Assembly (NCBI GenBank): GCA_017609285.1
Contig: JAFCEE010000004.1
Location: forward strand, 1 to 62,754
Length of the DNA: 62,754 nt
Direction: 5' to 3'
Origin: Candidatus Pacearchaeota archaeon
GTDB taxonomy: Archaea > Nanobdellota > Nanobdellia > Pacearchaeales > GW2011-AR1
The position numbers and the translations under genes were made by a program. Shown here one piece after another: positions 28,050-37,532 of the stretch. The notes under the pieces are model-generated. The model saw only the letters and a program-made list of their open reading frames with translations. It had not been told where the DNA came from and did not search any database. Position 1 is the stretch's first letter. Each line of letters opens with the position of its first letter.

Positions 28050-28724
28050 TTATTTCTTAATTAATCCTTTTGTGAATTTTTCAAGTGCTTTTTGTCTTGT
28101 TTCGGTTTCTTTTTCCCTTTTCTTTTTCTCTCTTTCTTTTAAGTATTTGGAGAGTATGCTAAAGAGATAATAAAGCAAAACAAAAATTAGTATTATGACT
28201 AGTATCATTGAGATATTCCATAAAGTCCCTTTTTTTGCAAATACGAGCCAGCCAAGAAAGTTTATAATCATTTTTAGGACCTGAATTTGGGCTAGAATTA
28301 TAGCGAGTGCTGCTCCTATGAGATAAGCAGACCATCCTTTTACTAAACCCCAGGAGTTTATTATGTCTCCTGATTTTAAAACTATGAAAAGCCAGAGAAT
28401 TATTATTGCAAGTAAGGTTATTGAAAATGAGTAAGGTTGGCCAAATAAAATTCTGAAAACTATGCTAATTTTTGTAAAAAAAGTATCTGCAGCAGAAATA
28501 AGCTCATTTTTAAGGAAAATTTTTGGCCACTCTTTACTTAAATACTGCCATTCGGTTTCTGTTTTATTTTTTACCCCCTCTATCAATTCCTCTGGATCTT
28601 GTCCTAATTGAGGAGGCAAGCCAGGAGGTGTTTCTTGTGCTTTAGTTAAGTTAGTTTGGATAAGAGTTATGGCTAGTAGATTTAGGAATAATAAACTTAT
28701 TAATAATATACCTGCTTTTTTCAT
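28050..28724 (-). CDS. signal-peptide multi-pass membrane protein, paralogue family A
   Basis: Same architecture (FRILFGQPYSFSITLLAIIILW). Confidence 0.5.
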   Translation of the reverse strand: MKKAGILLISLLFLNLLAITLIQTNLTKAQETPPGLPPQLGQDPEELIEGVKNKTETEWQYLSKEWPKIFLKNELISAADTFFTKISIVFRILFGQPYSFSITLLAIIILWLFIVLKSGDIINSWGLVKGWSAYLIGAALAIILAQIQVLKMIINFLGWLVFAKKGTLWNISMILVIILIFVLLYYLFSILSKYLKEREKKKREKETETRQKALEKFTKGLIKK

Positions 28725-28761
28725 GATAGAAATAGTTAGAAGGAGTTTTTAAAGTTTTTAG

Positions 28762-29511
28762 TTAATCACCAGCACCAGTGGCTCTTCTTGCTGCTTCTCT
28801 TTCTGCTCTTCTTATATCCCACACTTCTTCTAACATTTCTTCAGTAGCTTCTGTATGTTCTTCTATAAAGCGTCTTACTATCATCCTTAGAATTCTTTTG
28901 TTGAATGCAAAAACTATTGTAGCTATTATTGCTGTTGCAAGAATTATACCATTTAGAATTCCGCTTCCTTCTTTACTAAAAAACCAGTCATAAACAAATC
29001 TATAAATTGAATATACAGCAAATAAACCCCATGCAAACCATTGCAGCATGACAAGTTGAACTTTGCCTTCTGTAGCAGTTGCTGCTTTGTAAGTAAATCC
29101 TGCCAAAAGTGCTAGGGGAATTAGAGTTGTTAGAGTTAGCCCCAAAGCAGTATAAGAAATAAGTAAGCTATACACCTCTTTTGGAGTTATATAAGCAGTA
29201 GCAAGAAATGCGATAAGAGCAGACAATATGATCACTAGGGTTTGATGTTTTTTAAAGATTGCTCCTAAAACAAGCATAATTACAATAGTAATCATAACAA
29301 AAAAGAAAATTTTTGCTATATTTGGAGTCAAATTTCCTTCTGTCCAACCAGTTCTTGAAAATAAATCTGAAAATGTTCCTGCTATTATCTTCATAGTATC
29401 TTTGGCTTTTTCTCCTGCATCTTGGGCAGCAACAAAATTAGCCAAAAAAGAAACCATCAAAACTACTAATAAACTTAAAGCCAAAATTTTCCCTGCTTTT
29501 TCCATACTCAT
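28762..29511 (-). CDS. signal-peptide multi-pass membrane protein
   Basis: Signal peptide, several TM segments, Arg/Glu-rich tail. Confidence 0.5.
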   Translation of the reverse strand: MSMEKAGKILALSLLVVLMVSFLANFVAAQDAGEKAKDTMKIIAGTFSDLFSRTGWTEGNLTPNIAKIFFFVMITIVIMLVLGAIFKKHQTLVIILSALIAFLATAYITPKEVYSLLISYTALGLTLTTLIPLALLAGFTYKAATATEGKVQLVMLQWFAWGLFAVYSIYRFVYDWFFSKEGSGILNGIILATAIIATIVFAFNKRILRMIVRRFIEEHTEATEEMLEEVWDIRRAEREAARRATGAGD

Positions 29512-29602
29512 TTTAATCTTTTTATGTTTTTAAATATTTTGTTTATTAGCTTTTAAAAATTCTCGCTTCATCATCCCTAAATACAGTTTGATTAAAGTCC
29601 AA

Positions 29603-30244
29603 TTATTTTACCCTTCTTCCTAAAATGTCTGCTAGTGTTTCTTTTTTCTTTTTCTTTCCCCACAACCAATTCTGCCACCATTCTTTCCTATTATCATTCT
29701 CTCCAGTATAAGCCAATAGCAATATTATGATAAAAGCAATGGTAAGTAACAGCAAAAATAATTGACTGGCTAAAAACTGCCAGACTGGTAAGATAGGAGT
29801 GTCTAAAATCTCATAGGGCAAGAAATCATAAGGATCAAAACTCCTTAATATAAGCCATAAACCAAATAAACTTATAAATAAACCAATCCCCCCTATTAGA
29901 CTAATTAAAGTTTTAATTAAAATTATGGTTCCTAAAATTATTGCTACAATTAAAAGATAATTTCCTATAGTTTCACCAACATAACCATAAAAATATGTTC
30001 TTTGAGATATAGTAACACTGATAAACAAAGAGATAACAAGAGAAATAACTACCGCCACTCCAATATTTTCTTTCATTGTCTTAGAGAGAGCATAAAAAGT
30101 CATTGCAAAAATGACAATAAAAATCAAGGCAAAAACAAACCACTCATTATCAAGTAGTTGGGAAGGAGAATACCAATACCAACCATTATAAGCAAAGACA
30201 ATAGGTAAGCAAAATAAAAATAAGATTAATATTGGGAATTTCAT
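29603..30244 (-). CDS. multi-pass membrane protein
   Basis: Signal peptide, 5-6 TM, Lys-rich tail. Confidence 0.5.
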   Translation of the reverse strand: MKFPILILFLFCLPIVFAYNGWYWYSPSQLLDNEWFVFALIFIVIFAMTFYALSKTMKENIGVAVVISLVISLFISVTISQRTYFYGYVGETIGNYLLIVAIILGTIILIKTLISLIGGIGLFISLFGLWLILRSFDPYDFLPYEILDTPILPVWQFLASQLFLLLLTIAFIIILLLAYTGENDNRKEWWQNWLWGKKKKKETLADILGRRVK

Positions 30245-30480
30245 TTTCTCCTATATCCAACAATTTTCTCACCCTGATAAATAGGAACCTCTTCCCCTAA
30301 TTGTTTGCCCCTCTTCATCTGTTTTAAAAACAAAAAACCAGTTACAATAAGAATTAATCCGATTACAATTGTCCAAAGAATATTAAATTGAGATATCAGA
30401 GGAAGGTTAATCTTTAAGAGATTTAAAACTATCAAAGCTAAACCAAGCAATATTAAAACCCAGCCCAAAAGTTTTGCCAT
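30241..30480 (-). CDS. small two-TM membrane protein
   Basis: 79 aa; 4-nt overlap with the downstream gene. Confidence 0.45.
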   Translation of the reverse strand: MAKLLGWVLILLGLALIVLNLLKINLPLISQFNILWTIVIGLILIVTGFLFLKQMKRGKQLGEEVPIYQGEKIVGYRRK

Positions 30481-30564
30481 TTTCTTTTCTCTTTTATTCT
30501 TTTTAAGAAAAGAAGTTTTTAAATTTTTCCACAGGTTTTTAAATATAGGTTCTTTGTTTTTTTT

Positions 30565-31353
30565 ATGAATAAAGTAAAAGTTCCAAGTTCATATGATTGT
30601 ATAGGAAGTATTGCTATCTTAAAATTTCCACAAGAGACAAAGCTGAGGGAAAAAAAGAAAATAGCTGAAAAATTGTTGGGGGAAAGGAAGAATATTAAGA
30701 CAGTTGTGGAGAAAATAGAGAAAGTTAAAGGAAGATTAAGAACTTTTAAAACAAGATATCTGGCTGGCGAAAAAACTAAAGAGACTATACATAAAGAATC
30801 TGGTTGTTTATTTAAGTTAGATGTTGATAAGACCTATTTTTCTCCTCGTTTAAGTGGAGAAAGATTAGAGGTAGCTAAGAAAATAAAAAAGAAAGATAAA
30901 GTTTTGGTGATGTTTTCAGGAGTTGCTCCTTATTCTATTGTTATAGGGAAAGTAAGTAAGCCGAGAAAAGTTGTGGGTGTCGAAATAAATAGAGTAGCTA
31001 GCAGATATGCGAGAGAAAATGTAAAGTTAAATAAGTTAGATAATGTTGTTGTCTTACAGGGAGATGTAAAAAAGATTGTTCCAGAGTTAGCAAAAAAAGA
31101 AAAATTTGATAAGATAGTTATGCCTCGTCCTCAATTAAAAGAAAGTTTTTTAGATCTGGCTTTTAAAGTTTGTAAGAAAAATTCTGAGATTTATTATTAT
31201 GATTTTGGTAGAGATGTAAGTGGAATTTTGGAGAAAATTTATAAAGAAAGTAAAAAAACAAGAAATAAAATTGAAATTTCAAAAGTTAAAAAAGCTGGGG
31301 AGATAGCTCCTTATAAATATAGGTGGAGGATTGATATACGAATTCTTAATTAG
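30565..31353 (+). CDS. trm5: tRNA (m1G37) methyltransferase Trm5/Taw2 family
   Basis: Met-10+-like: YFSPRLSGER, class I SAM-MTase core (VLVMFSGVAPYSI...GVEIN). Confidence 0.75.
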   Translation: MNKVKVPSSYDCIGSIAILKFPQETKLREKKKIAEKLLGERKNIKTVVEKIEKVKGRLRTFKTRYLAGEKTKETIHKESGCLFKLDVDKTYFSPRLSGERLEVAKKIKKKDKVLVMFSGVAPYSIVIGKVSKPRKVVGVEINRVASRYARENVKLNKLDNVVVLQGDVKKIVPELAKKEKFDKIVMPRPQLKESFLDLAFKVCKKNSEIYYYDFGRDVSGILEKIYKESKKTRNKIEISKVKKAGEIAPYKYRWRIDIRILN

Positions 31354-31419
31354 TTTTTGTATTTTGAGCAAGTTAAGAAGCAAAATTGATTTTTAAGCTT
31401 TATAAGTAGAAAAATTCTG

Positions 31420-31842
31420 TTATGTAGCAATTGTTCTTTTATATATTTTAATATCATTTGGAGGGATTATTCCGCGATAAGCGCAAGTTCCTCTTATTTC
31501 CAAACTTTTCCTCCAATTTTTTCTTAATACAACTGCAAAGCCAGAATCTTCGTCTGGAAAAAGATAATGAGAAGAAACTCTTGCCTCTAAAACAACTGGT
31601 GTGCCCCCATAAACTTCCACAGCGCGATAACCAATGTTCCTTGCTTTTTCTGGTGTTGAAGCAAGATAAACTAATTCTGGATTAGAACTCATATCTATCC
31701 AAGATTCTGGGACATCCCAATTTGAGATACCAGTATACTTTCTTGGAAGAAGTCCTTGCTTAAAAATTCTTTCCAAAAAAACAGAACTGGTTCCATGGTA
31801 TAATACTAATATTTCTTCTTGAGATACAGCAAGGCATGGCAT
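31420..31842 (-). CDS. stand-alone ADP-ribosyltransferase-fold protein resembling the NAD-binding C-lobe of Tpt1/KptA
   Basis: LYHGTS...GLLPRK...VYLASTPEKARNIGYR...TPVVLEARV...IIPPNDI parallels my recollection of Tpt1 (YHGT...GL.P..R..VHLS...A..G.R...PVVLEV...VPP..I). The N-terminal RNA lobe is absent. Confidence 0.45.
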   Translation of the reverse strand: MPCLAVSQEEILVLYHGTSSVFLERIFKQGLLPRKYTGISNWDVPESWIDMSSNPELVYLASTPEKARNIGYRAVEVYGGTPVVLEARVSSHYLFPDEDSGFAVVLRKNWRKSLEIRGTCAYRGIIPPNDIKIYKRTIAT

Positions 31843-31955
31843 ATTACTACTTAATAATTAATATTTTTTAAAGTTTTCTAAATCCTTTTTCTCTTTGGTA
31901 ATACCTTCCCCTCATAATTTTTACTTAGAGCCCCAATTTTTAATTTCTGTATTTC

Positions 31956-33074
31956 TTATATGATTCCTGAATCGATTATTTGAGTAAGAGGAATTTTTTC
32001 TCCCGGTTCTGTGTTGAAGAAAGAATTTCCTAAATAAGGCATGTCAGGCATTCTTAGTTCATTTCTTTTAATCCTATCTCTGAACTCATCTAAGGTTTCA
32101 ACAACATAGCTCTCCATTTTCCCCTCCAGATATCTTTCAGGATGTTTTAAAGTATCTCTAACTTGTAAAAGATTTGTTGGGCGAGCCACAAAGCAATAAT
32201 TTACAATGCTGTTGTGATAATCCTCTGAAAGCATTTCAGTTGGGGTGCATGCAACTCCAATTAGTCCTAATGGTTGTGTAGAAAAACCAAATTCTTCTGC
32301 CCCCTCTTTTACACAACAGCTTATTGGATCCAGATTTAAAGATTTTACAGATTTTGGAGTCTCTATTTTTCCGCCAGCATATCCCGGATAATTATCCCTT
32401 TTCCTTTTTATGAGGACAGTATGTAGAATTTCGCTTTCATTAGGTCTGTAAACAAGCAGCATACTTGATACAGCTAAACCACACCCTAATCTTCTTTCAT
32501 CAGTTTCAGTTTGAGGAGGAACACTAATGCAGGGGATTCTTTTAAACCAAGAAGTATCTAATTTATGCCAATCAAAATGGTAAGCTATATCTGTTGCTAT
32601 TCTTGAAACAACTTGGTTATCTGGAACAACCCATTCAATCGGTACCCTTTTGGAAGTGTCTCCAAAACGAAAAGCGAAACCACTCCCCCCTATTCCCTGC
32701 CCTGAATCTGCAACATATACTTGCCTACCATCATTTCCTTTTCCTGTTTCAGTTCCTTCTACGAAACCCAAGAAAATATTTCTAAAAATCCATTGATTAT
32801 CATGCCTGCTTCTTGTAGGTATTACTGCTCTTAAACCTAAACTTTTCTGAACTTCTAAACCAGTTTGTTCTTGAAATCTTTCAACAGCTACATCTTCTAA
32901 TGTCTGTCCTGGTTTAGGAGCTCTAAATCTCAATCCAGGAAACTTTAATTTAGGATTTTGTCCTCTGTCAGAATTAATTAAAATATATTGGGGTCTTCCA
33001 TAATATCTTGTTATCCCTATAAATGTAATACTACTCTCTGCATAATTTGGGTCTTTTTTAATTTGTAACGACAT
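31956..33074 (-). CDS. tandem Nudix-like domain protein
   Basis: C-terminal half has GGKIE...CVKEGAEEFGF (close to Nudix REx2EExGU). N-terminal half has the degenerate PGQTLEDVAVERFQEQTGL. Confidence 0.5.
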   Translation of the reverse strand: MSLQIKKDPNYAESSITFIGITRYYGRPQYILINSDRGQNPKLKFPGLRFRAPKPGQTLEDVAVERFQEQTGLEVQKSLGLRAVIPTRSRHDNQWIFRNIFLGFVEGTETGKGNDGRQVYVADSGQGIGGSGFAFRFGDTSKRVPIEWVVPDNQVVSRIATDIAYHFDWHKLDTSWFKRIPCISVPPQTETDERRLGCGLAVSSMLLVYRPNESEILHTVLIKRKRDNYPGYAGGKIETPKSVKSLNLDPISCCVKEGAEEFGFSTQPLGLIGVACTPTEMLSEDYHNSIVNYCFVARPTNLLQVRDTLKHPERYLEGKMESYVVETLDEFRDRIKRNELRMPDMPYLGNSFFNTEPGEKIPLTQIIDSGII

Positions 33075-33137
33075 CTCTTATTAAAAAGTTCGGTTGTTTA
33101 AAAGAATTATTATATTAAATTATATTCTTTTTTTTAA

Positions 33138-34442
33138 CTATATCCTCTTTTCTATTTTTACAGCAGTAGGGGCTTCTCCACCATGCCATGTGAATCTTGG
33201 TCGAATTCGGCAGGGATATATACGTTCAGAATTGTCATCAAGTATTATTGCTGAACCCTTTAATGCTGGCAAGTCATCCATATATTTTTTAATGTCTGCG
33301 AGTAAGTAAGACTGCATTATCTCATTTAAAGCTGTAATGTCTGGTAAGGCAGTAACTCTATGGCTTATTATGATGTCAGCTTGGGTAATTGCGTCTCTTG
33401 CTAAAGCTCCTGGTTGTTGAGTTGCCATAACAAGGGATAGGCCTGGTTGTCTCCCTTCTCTTAAAATCTGTATAAGGGCGTCAGTAGCTGAAGTTTTCCC
33501 TTTATCAGGCAAAAATTCATGGATTTCGTCAATAAAAAGCCAGACAAGAGGCATTTCTCTTTCTGTTTTGAAGCTTAGGTAATCAACTCCATGCTGAACT
33601 GCTTGTATTTCCTCTGCTTTCCTTGACAACATTCTTTGATTAAATAGTTTTCTTGAAATTAAACTAATGACTAAAGCACGAACATTAAAAGCTCCAACTG
33701 AGCTGTACATAGATAAATCTAATACTGTTGTTTTTCCTCCCTGGACTAATTCTGAAATAGGTGTTGCTTTATCAGAGAAGACTTTCCAAGAGGAAGCAGC
33801 TTCAAATAAACCTATAGCTGAATTTTTTGTTTCTTTTCCAGAAGATGTATCTTTTTCTATAGTTGTGATTATATCCTTTATATTGAAATTTCCTATTGTT
33901 TCTTTAAGTTTAGTTATTGTCCTTTCTATTAGTACAGAAGTTGGATGAGTCATATCCAAATTGAAAGTTAAAATCCAGTCTTCAGCTTCAAGTTCAGAAG
34001 GGTTTATGCTAAATTTTTCGTCTATTGGGAGCCCTTTTTTTTCATACTTTTCAAAGTAACCAAAAGGAACAAAAATTCTTACTGGTGTTTTTTTTGGCTT
34101 TAAGTTCCATTGCTCTAACAAATCTCTTTCTTTTTCATTTTCATACTTCATAGTCCAGAAAATCCCCATTGTGTCAAAGATTAGGCCAGCAATATTCTTT
34201 CTTTCTTCACTCGGTAAACTTGCTAATTCTTCTGCTATTACACTTAGAGTATATGATTTTCCAGAACCACGCTTTCCAGCAACAAGAATTACATGACTTC
34301 TCGCTATATCCATATATATAGGATTAGATAAAGAGGTATATTGTCCCATTTTTACATAGCCTTTTCCTACGAAAATTAAACCTTTTTTACCAAACCTTTT
34401 TTTATCTGCTTCATCTCTACCTACTATTATATCATATGGCAT
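33138..34442 (-). CDS. HerA/DUF87-like P-loop ATPase
   Basis: Walker A AGKRGSGKS, Walker B LFIDEIHEF, ATQQP sensor motif. Confidence 0.8.
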   Translation of the reverse strand: MPYDIIVGRDEADKKRFGKKGLIFVGKGYVKMGQYTSLSNPIYMDIARSHVILVAGKRGSGKSYTLSVIAEELASLPSEERKNIAGLIFDTMGIFWTMKYENEKERDLLEQWNLKPKKTPVRIFVPFGYFEKYEKKGLPIDEKFSINPSELEAEDWILTFNLDMTHPTSVLIERTITKLKETIGNFNIKDIITTIEKDTSSGKETKNSAIGLFEAASSWKVFSDKATPISELVQGGKTTVLDLSMYSSVGAFNVRALVISLISRKLFNQRMLSRKAEEIQAVQHGVDYLSFKTEREMPLVWLFIDEIHEFLPDKGKTSATDALIQILREGRQPGLSLVMATQQPGALARDAITQADIIISHRVTALPDITALNEIMQSYLLADIKKYMDDLPALKGSAIILDDNSERIYPCRIRPRFTWHGGEAPTAVKIEKRI

Positions 34443-34520
34443 AATTGGATTAAAGAAAATGAATATATAAATTTAATTAAGCAACACAAGATTTATAAAT
34501 GCTAATTTTCTAAGAAAAAA

Positions 34521-35303
34521 ATGATGAAGAACAAGGAAATTAGAGAAGAAGTGAATGAAGAAGAATATAAAGAAGATAAGAGAAAAGATTTTGTTTCTGC
34601 GATAAGGGAAAATCCTTGGATTATTTCTACAATTACTCTTGGAGTTCTTTGTTTAATATTACTTATTTTAGTTTTGAAACCACAAGCAACTGGAAATGTT
34701 ATTAAAGGAGATGACGCTGGAGAAAATTTAATTGAATTCGCTAAATCTAGAGGAGTTAATTTAGAAGTTGTTAATGTTCTTGATAAAGGCAGTTTTTATG
34801 AAGTAGTTTCTTTAATGAACGGAGAACAAACATCTTTTCCGGTAACAAAAGATGGCAAATATCTTCTGTCAGTTATGATTCCCATAACTGGACAAGTGGT
34901 TCAACAAACACAGCCTCAAGAAGTAGAAGACTGGTCTGTTTTTGAGAATTCCTTACCAGAAGATTTAAAACAAACTATCTTGAGTTTTCCAGACTCTGAA
35001 ACAAGTCAGACCTCTAATCAGAGAGTTATTGAATTTGAAGATTATGAAGCTTGTGAGAATAGTCTTATAGTTTTTTATCATCCTGGTTGTGGTTGGTGTA
35101 AAAGATATTATCCTGTTCTAGTAGAAGCTAAACAGGATTATCCTGAGTTTGAGATTTATGCTCTGGACATGAGCGAAAATGGAGATATCGCAGATAAGTA
35201 TGGAGCTAGAGGAACTCCAGCAAATATAATTAACTGTAAATATTTTGCTAGCGGGTATATGGACAAGGAAGTTCTTTATGATATTTTAGATCAATATAGT
35301 TAA
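34521..35303 (+). CDS. membrane-anchored thioredoxin-fold protein
   Basis: N-terminal TM; CGWC redox motif in YHPGCGWCKRYYP. Confidence 0.6.
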   Translation: MMKNKEIREEVNEEEYKEDKRKDFVSAIRENPWIISTITLGVLCLILLILVLKPQATGNVIKGDDAGENLIEFAKSRGVNLEVVNVLDKGSFYEVVSLMNGEQTSFPVTKDGKYLLSVMIPITGQVVQQTQPQEVEDWSVFENSLPEDLKQTILSFPDSETSQTSNQRVIEFEDYEACENSLIVFYHPGCGWCKRYYPVLVEAKQDYPEFEIYALDMSENGDIADKYGARGTPANIINCKYFASGYMDKEVLYDILDQYS

Positions 35304-35414
35304 TGTGTTCTCTAAATAAGTTCTCTTTAAAACTATATACTTTACTATACAAATATTTATATATTAGTTTCCCTTATATATAAGTATATCTAATAAATTT
35401 AAGAAAAATAAAAA

Positions 35415-35555
35415 ATGGTGAGAAAACCTTTAACAATATCTATTGAAAAAGAGGTGTTGAAAAAATTTAAGCAGTATTGTGAAGATGAAGCTATAAATTT
35501 ATCAAGAAAAATAGAGAAATACATGAAAGAAGAGTTAAAGAAAAAGAAGAAGTAA
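35415..35555 (+). CDS. small ribbon-helix-helix (CopG/Arc-like) protein
   Basis: 46 aa: MVRKPLTISIEKEVLKKFKQYCEDEAINLSRKIEKYMKEELKKKKK. Shows the beta-strand/helix/helix pattern. Stop lies 1 nt before the next ATG. Below track cut-off. Confidence 0.45.
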   Translation: MVRKPLTISIEKEVLKKFKQYCEDEAINLSRKIEKYMKEELKKKKK

Positions 35556-35556
35556 A

Positions 35557-36369
35557 ATGTCTAATGAAATTGGGAATAAAAAAATTGATAAGTTAGCATT
35601 AGTCATTGGCCACATATATGGAGATGGGGGAATTACAAGTAAAGGGAGAATTCATTATTGCAACTCAGAAGATTTTCTTATTAAAGAGTTTGTGAGTTCT
35701 ATGAGTAAGGTTTTTGAAGTTAAACCATGGATTAATAAAGAACCTAATGTTACTAGAATTAAATATCGTGTAGAAATAGGTAGGGTTCTTTGGAGTATTT
35801 TTGGGAAATTTAGTTCAGGAAAAGATACAAAGATAATAACAAAAGAAATACAGAACATGCCCCTAAAATGGAAAATCAAAATGTTAAGAGCGTGGTTTAA
35901 TGATGACGGAAGTGTTTCTAAATACGGGGTTGTTGCTATCAAACAAAAACTTAAACCTTTAATTCTTTTTATTAAAGAAACTTTAGATGAACTCCAGATA
36001 AAATCACAAATAATGGAAGATCATGGAAAATGGCTCTTGAGAATTTGTGGATATGAAAATTTAGTGAAATTTAGAGATAAGATAAATTTTTCAAAAGGTT
36101 ATCGGAAGGCTAAGGCATTAAATGAAATTATAAATAATATTAAGAACCCACATTTTCAAATGAAAAATAGAATTTTAGAATTATTAAAAGACTCGCCTAA
36201 AACAAGAAAAGAATTAGCTACATCCCTTAAGATAGAACTGGGCACTATTTATGGCCATTTGCATGGATGGAAAAGGAAAATTAGAAAAAGTAATTTGGGT
36301 CTTATAGATTTGGGTTTAGTAAAGATTAAAAAAGAAGGAAGAATAAATGTTTATTCAGTTCAATGCTGA
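35557..36369 (+). CDS. LAGLIDADG-type protein fused to C-terminal winged helix
   Basis: Two LAGLIDADG motifs (LALVIGHIYGDGGI, LRAWFNDDGSV) plus a wHTH tail. The 3' end overlaps the rfcL 3' end by 10 nt. Confidence 0.75.
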   Translation: MSNEIGNKKIDKLALVIGHIYGDGGITSKGRIHYCNSEDFLIKEFVSSMSKVFEVKPWINKEPNVTRIKYRVEIGRVLWSIFGKFSSGKDTKIITKEIQNMPLKWKIKMLRAWFNDDGSVSKYGVVAIKQKLKPLILFIKETLDELQIKSQIMEDHGKWLLRICGYENLVKFRDKINFSKGYRKAKALNEIINNIKNPHFQMKNRILELLKDSPKTRKELATSLKIELGTIYGHLHGWKRKIRKSNLGLIDLGLVKIKKEGRINVYSVQC

Positions 36370-37520
36370 TTTAGAAACTCAATCTCTTTTTCATCTAATT
36401 TTAATTCTTCCCGAATTTTTTCGTTTTTCATTATTTCTCTAATTATAGGAAATTCTTTTATTGTTCTTTTTATGCTAGTATGAGTAGCTTTTGCATATTT
36501 TTTAGCTATACTTTTCTTATATTTTTGTTTTTGATTGAGGTGCCAGATTTTCAATATGCGAGAAGGTCTTTTGTATTTAGTAAATCCTATTTTAACCTGT
36601 CTTTTAGCTGTGGCCATACCATAAGACAATAGGAAATTTTGATAGATTAGAAAACGCCAGTGTTGCTGTCTATGTATTCTTCCACGAAAAACATCTGCTT
36701 TACTTAAAGCTTGAAAAGCTTTGTAAAGTTCCTCTCCTTTATATTCTAAAGGCAGGTTTTCTTCTAACCACAAAAGAATTTCATCAAGAGAAAGGGAAAC
36801 TTTATCATACAAAAATAAAGTCTCTTTTGTTGGTAATTGCTGAAAAACTTGTTTTAATGTATTAAAAATATTTTCTTCTTTGTCTCTTTCATGTATCTCA
36901 TCATGAGAAGTTTCAGAATCTATACCTTGTAAATCATTTATAGCTGCCCTAACATCACCTCCTGATTTTATTGCTATACTTTTTAACAAATCCTCTTTTA
37001 TTTCAAGAGACTCTTTTTCTGCTATCTCTTTAAGAATCTCGAATATAATTTTATAGTCTATCTTTTCTAATTGTACTAATTCTGCCTTTCTTCTTAATCC
37101 TGAAAATTTTTTATGCCAAATATCATTTGCTGTTATTATGATAGGAAAATTTGTTTTTTGTATAAGTTTTGTTAGTTCTTGTAAGCCTCCAGAATCGTCT
37201 CTTGAAATACCATCGACTTCATCTACTAATAGGACTTTATTTTTTCGAAAAAGAGACTGTTGTTTAGACGCTTGCCCTATTATTCTTGCCACCTGTTCTT
37301 TATTTCTTAAATCAGAAGCGTTTAATTCAATAATTTCAGAGTTTGTTTCATTAGCAAGGGCATAAGCTAAAGAGCTTTTCCCTGTTCCTGCATGACCTAA
37401 TAAAATTAGAGCTTTCTTTTTAGGAAAATTTTTTATAAAAAACAGAACTCTTTCTATAGCTGAATTTTGTCCTTTAATATCAGAAAATCTTTTTGGCCTA
37501 TATTTTTCAGTTAATGTCAT
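36360..37520 (-). CDS. rfcL: replication factor C large subunit
   Basis: GHAGTGKSS Walker A, DEVD, RFC-box pattern; adjacent to rfcS. Confidence 0.85.
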   Translation of the reverse strand: MTLTEKYRPKRFSDIKGQNSAIERVLFFIKNFPKKKALILLGHAGTGKSSLAYALANETNSEIIELNASDLRNKEQVARIIGQASKQQSLFRKNKVLLVDEVDGISRDDSGGLQELTKLIQKTNFPIIITANDIWHKKFSGLRRKAELVQLEKIDYKIIFEILKEIAEKESLEIKEDLLKSIAIKSGGDVRAAINDLQGIDSETSHDEIHERDKEENIFNTLKQVFQQLPTKETLFLYDKVSLSLDEILLWLEENLPLEYKGEELYKAFQALSKADVFRGRIHRQQHWRFLIYQNFLLSYGMATAKRQVKIGFTKYKRPSRILKIWHLNQKQKYKKSIAKKYAKATHTSIKRTIKEFPIIREIMKNEKIREELKLDEKEIEFLNQH

Positions 37521-37532
37521 TTTAAATTATTT

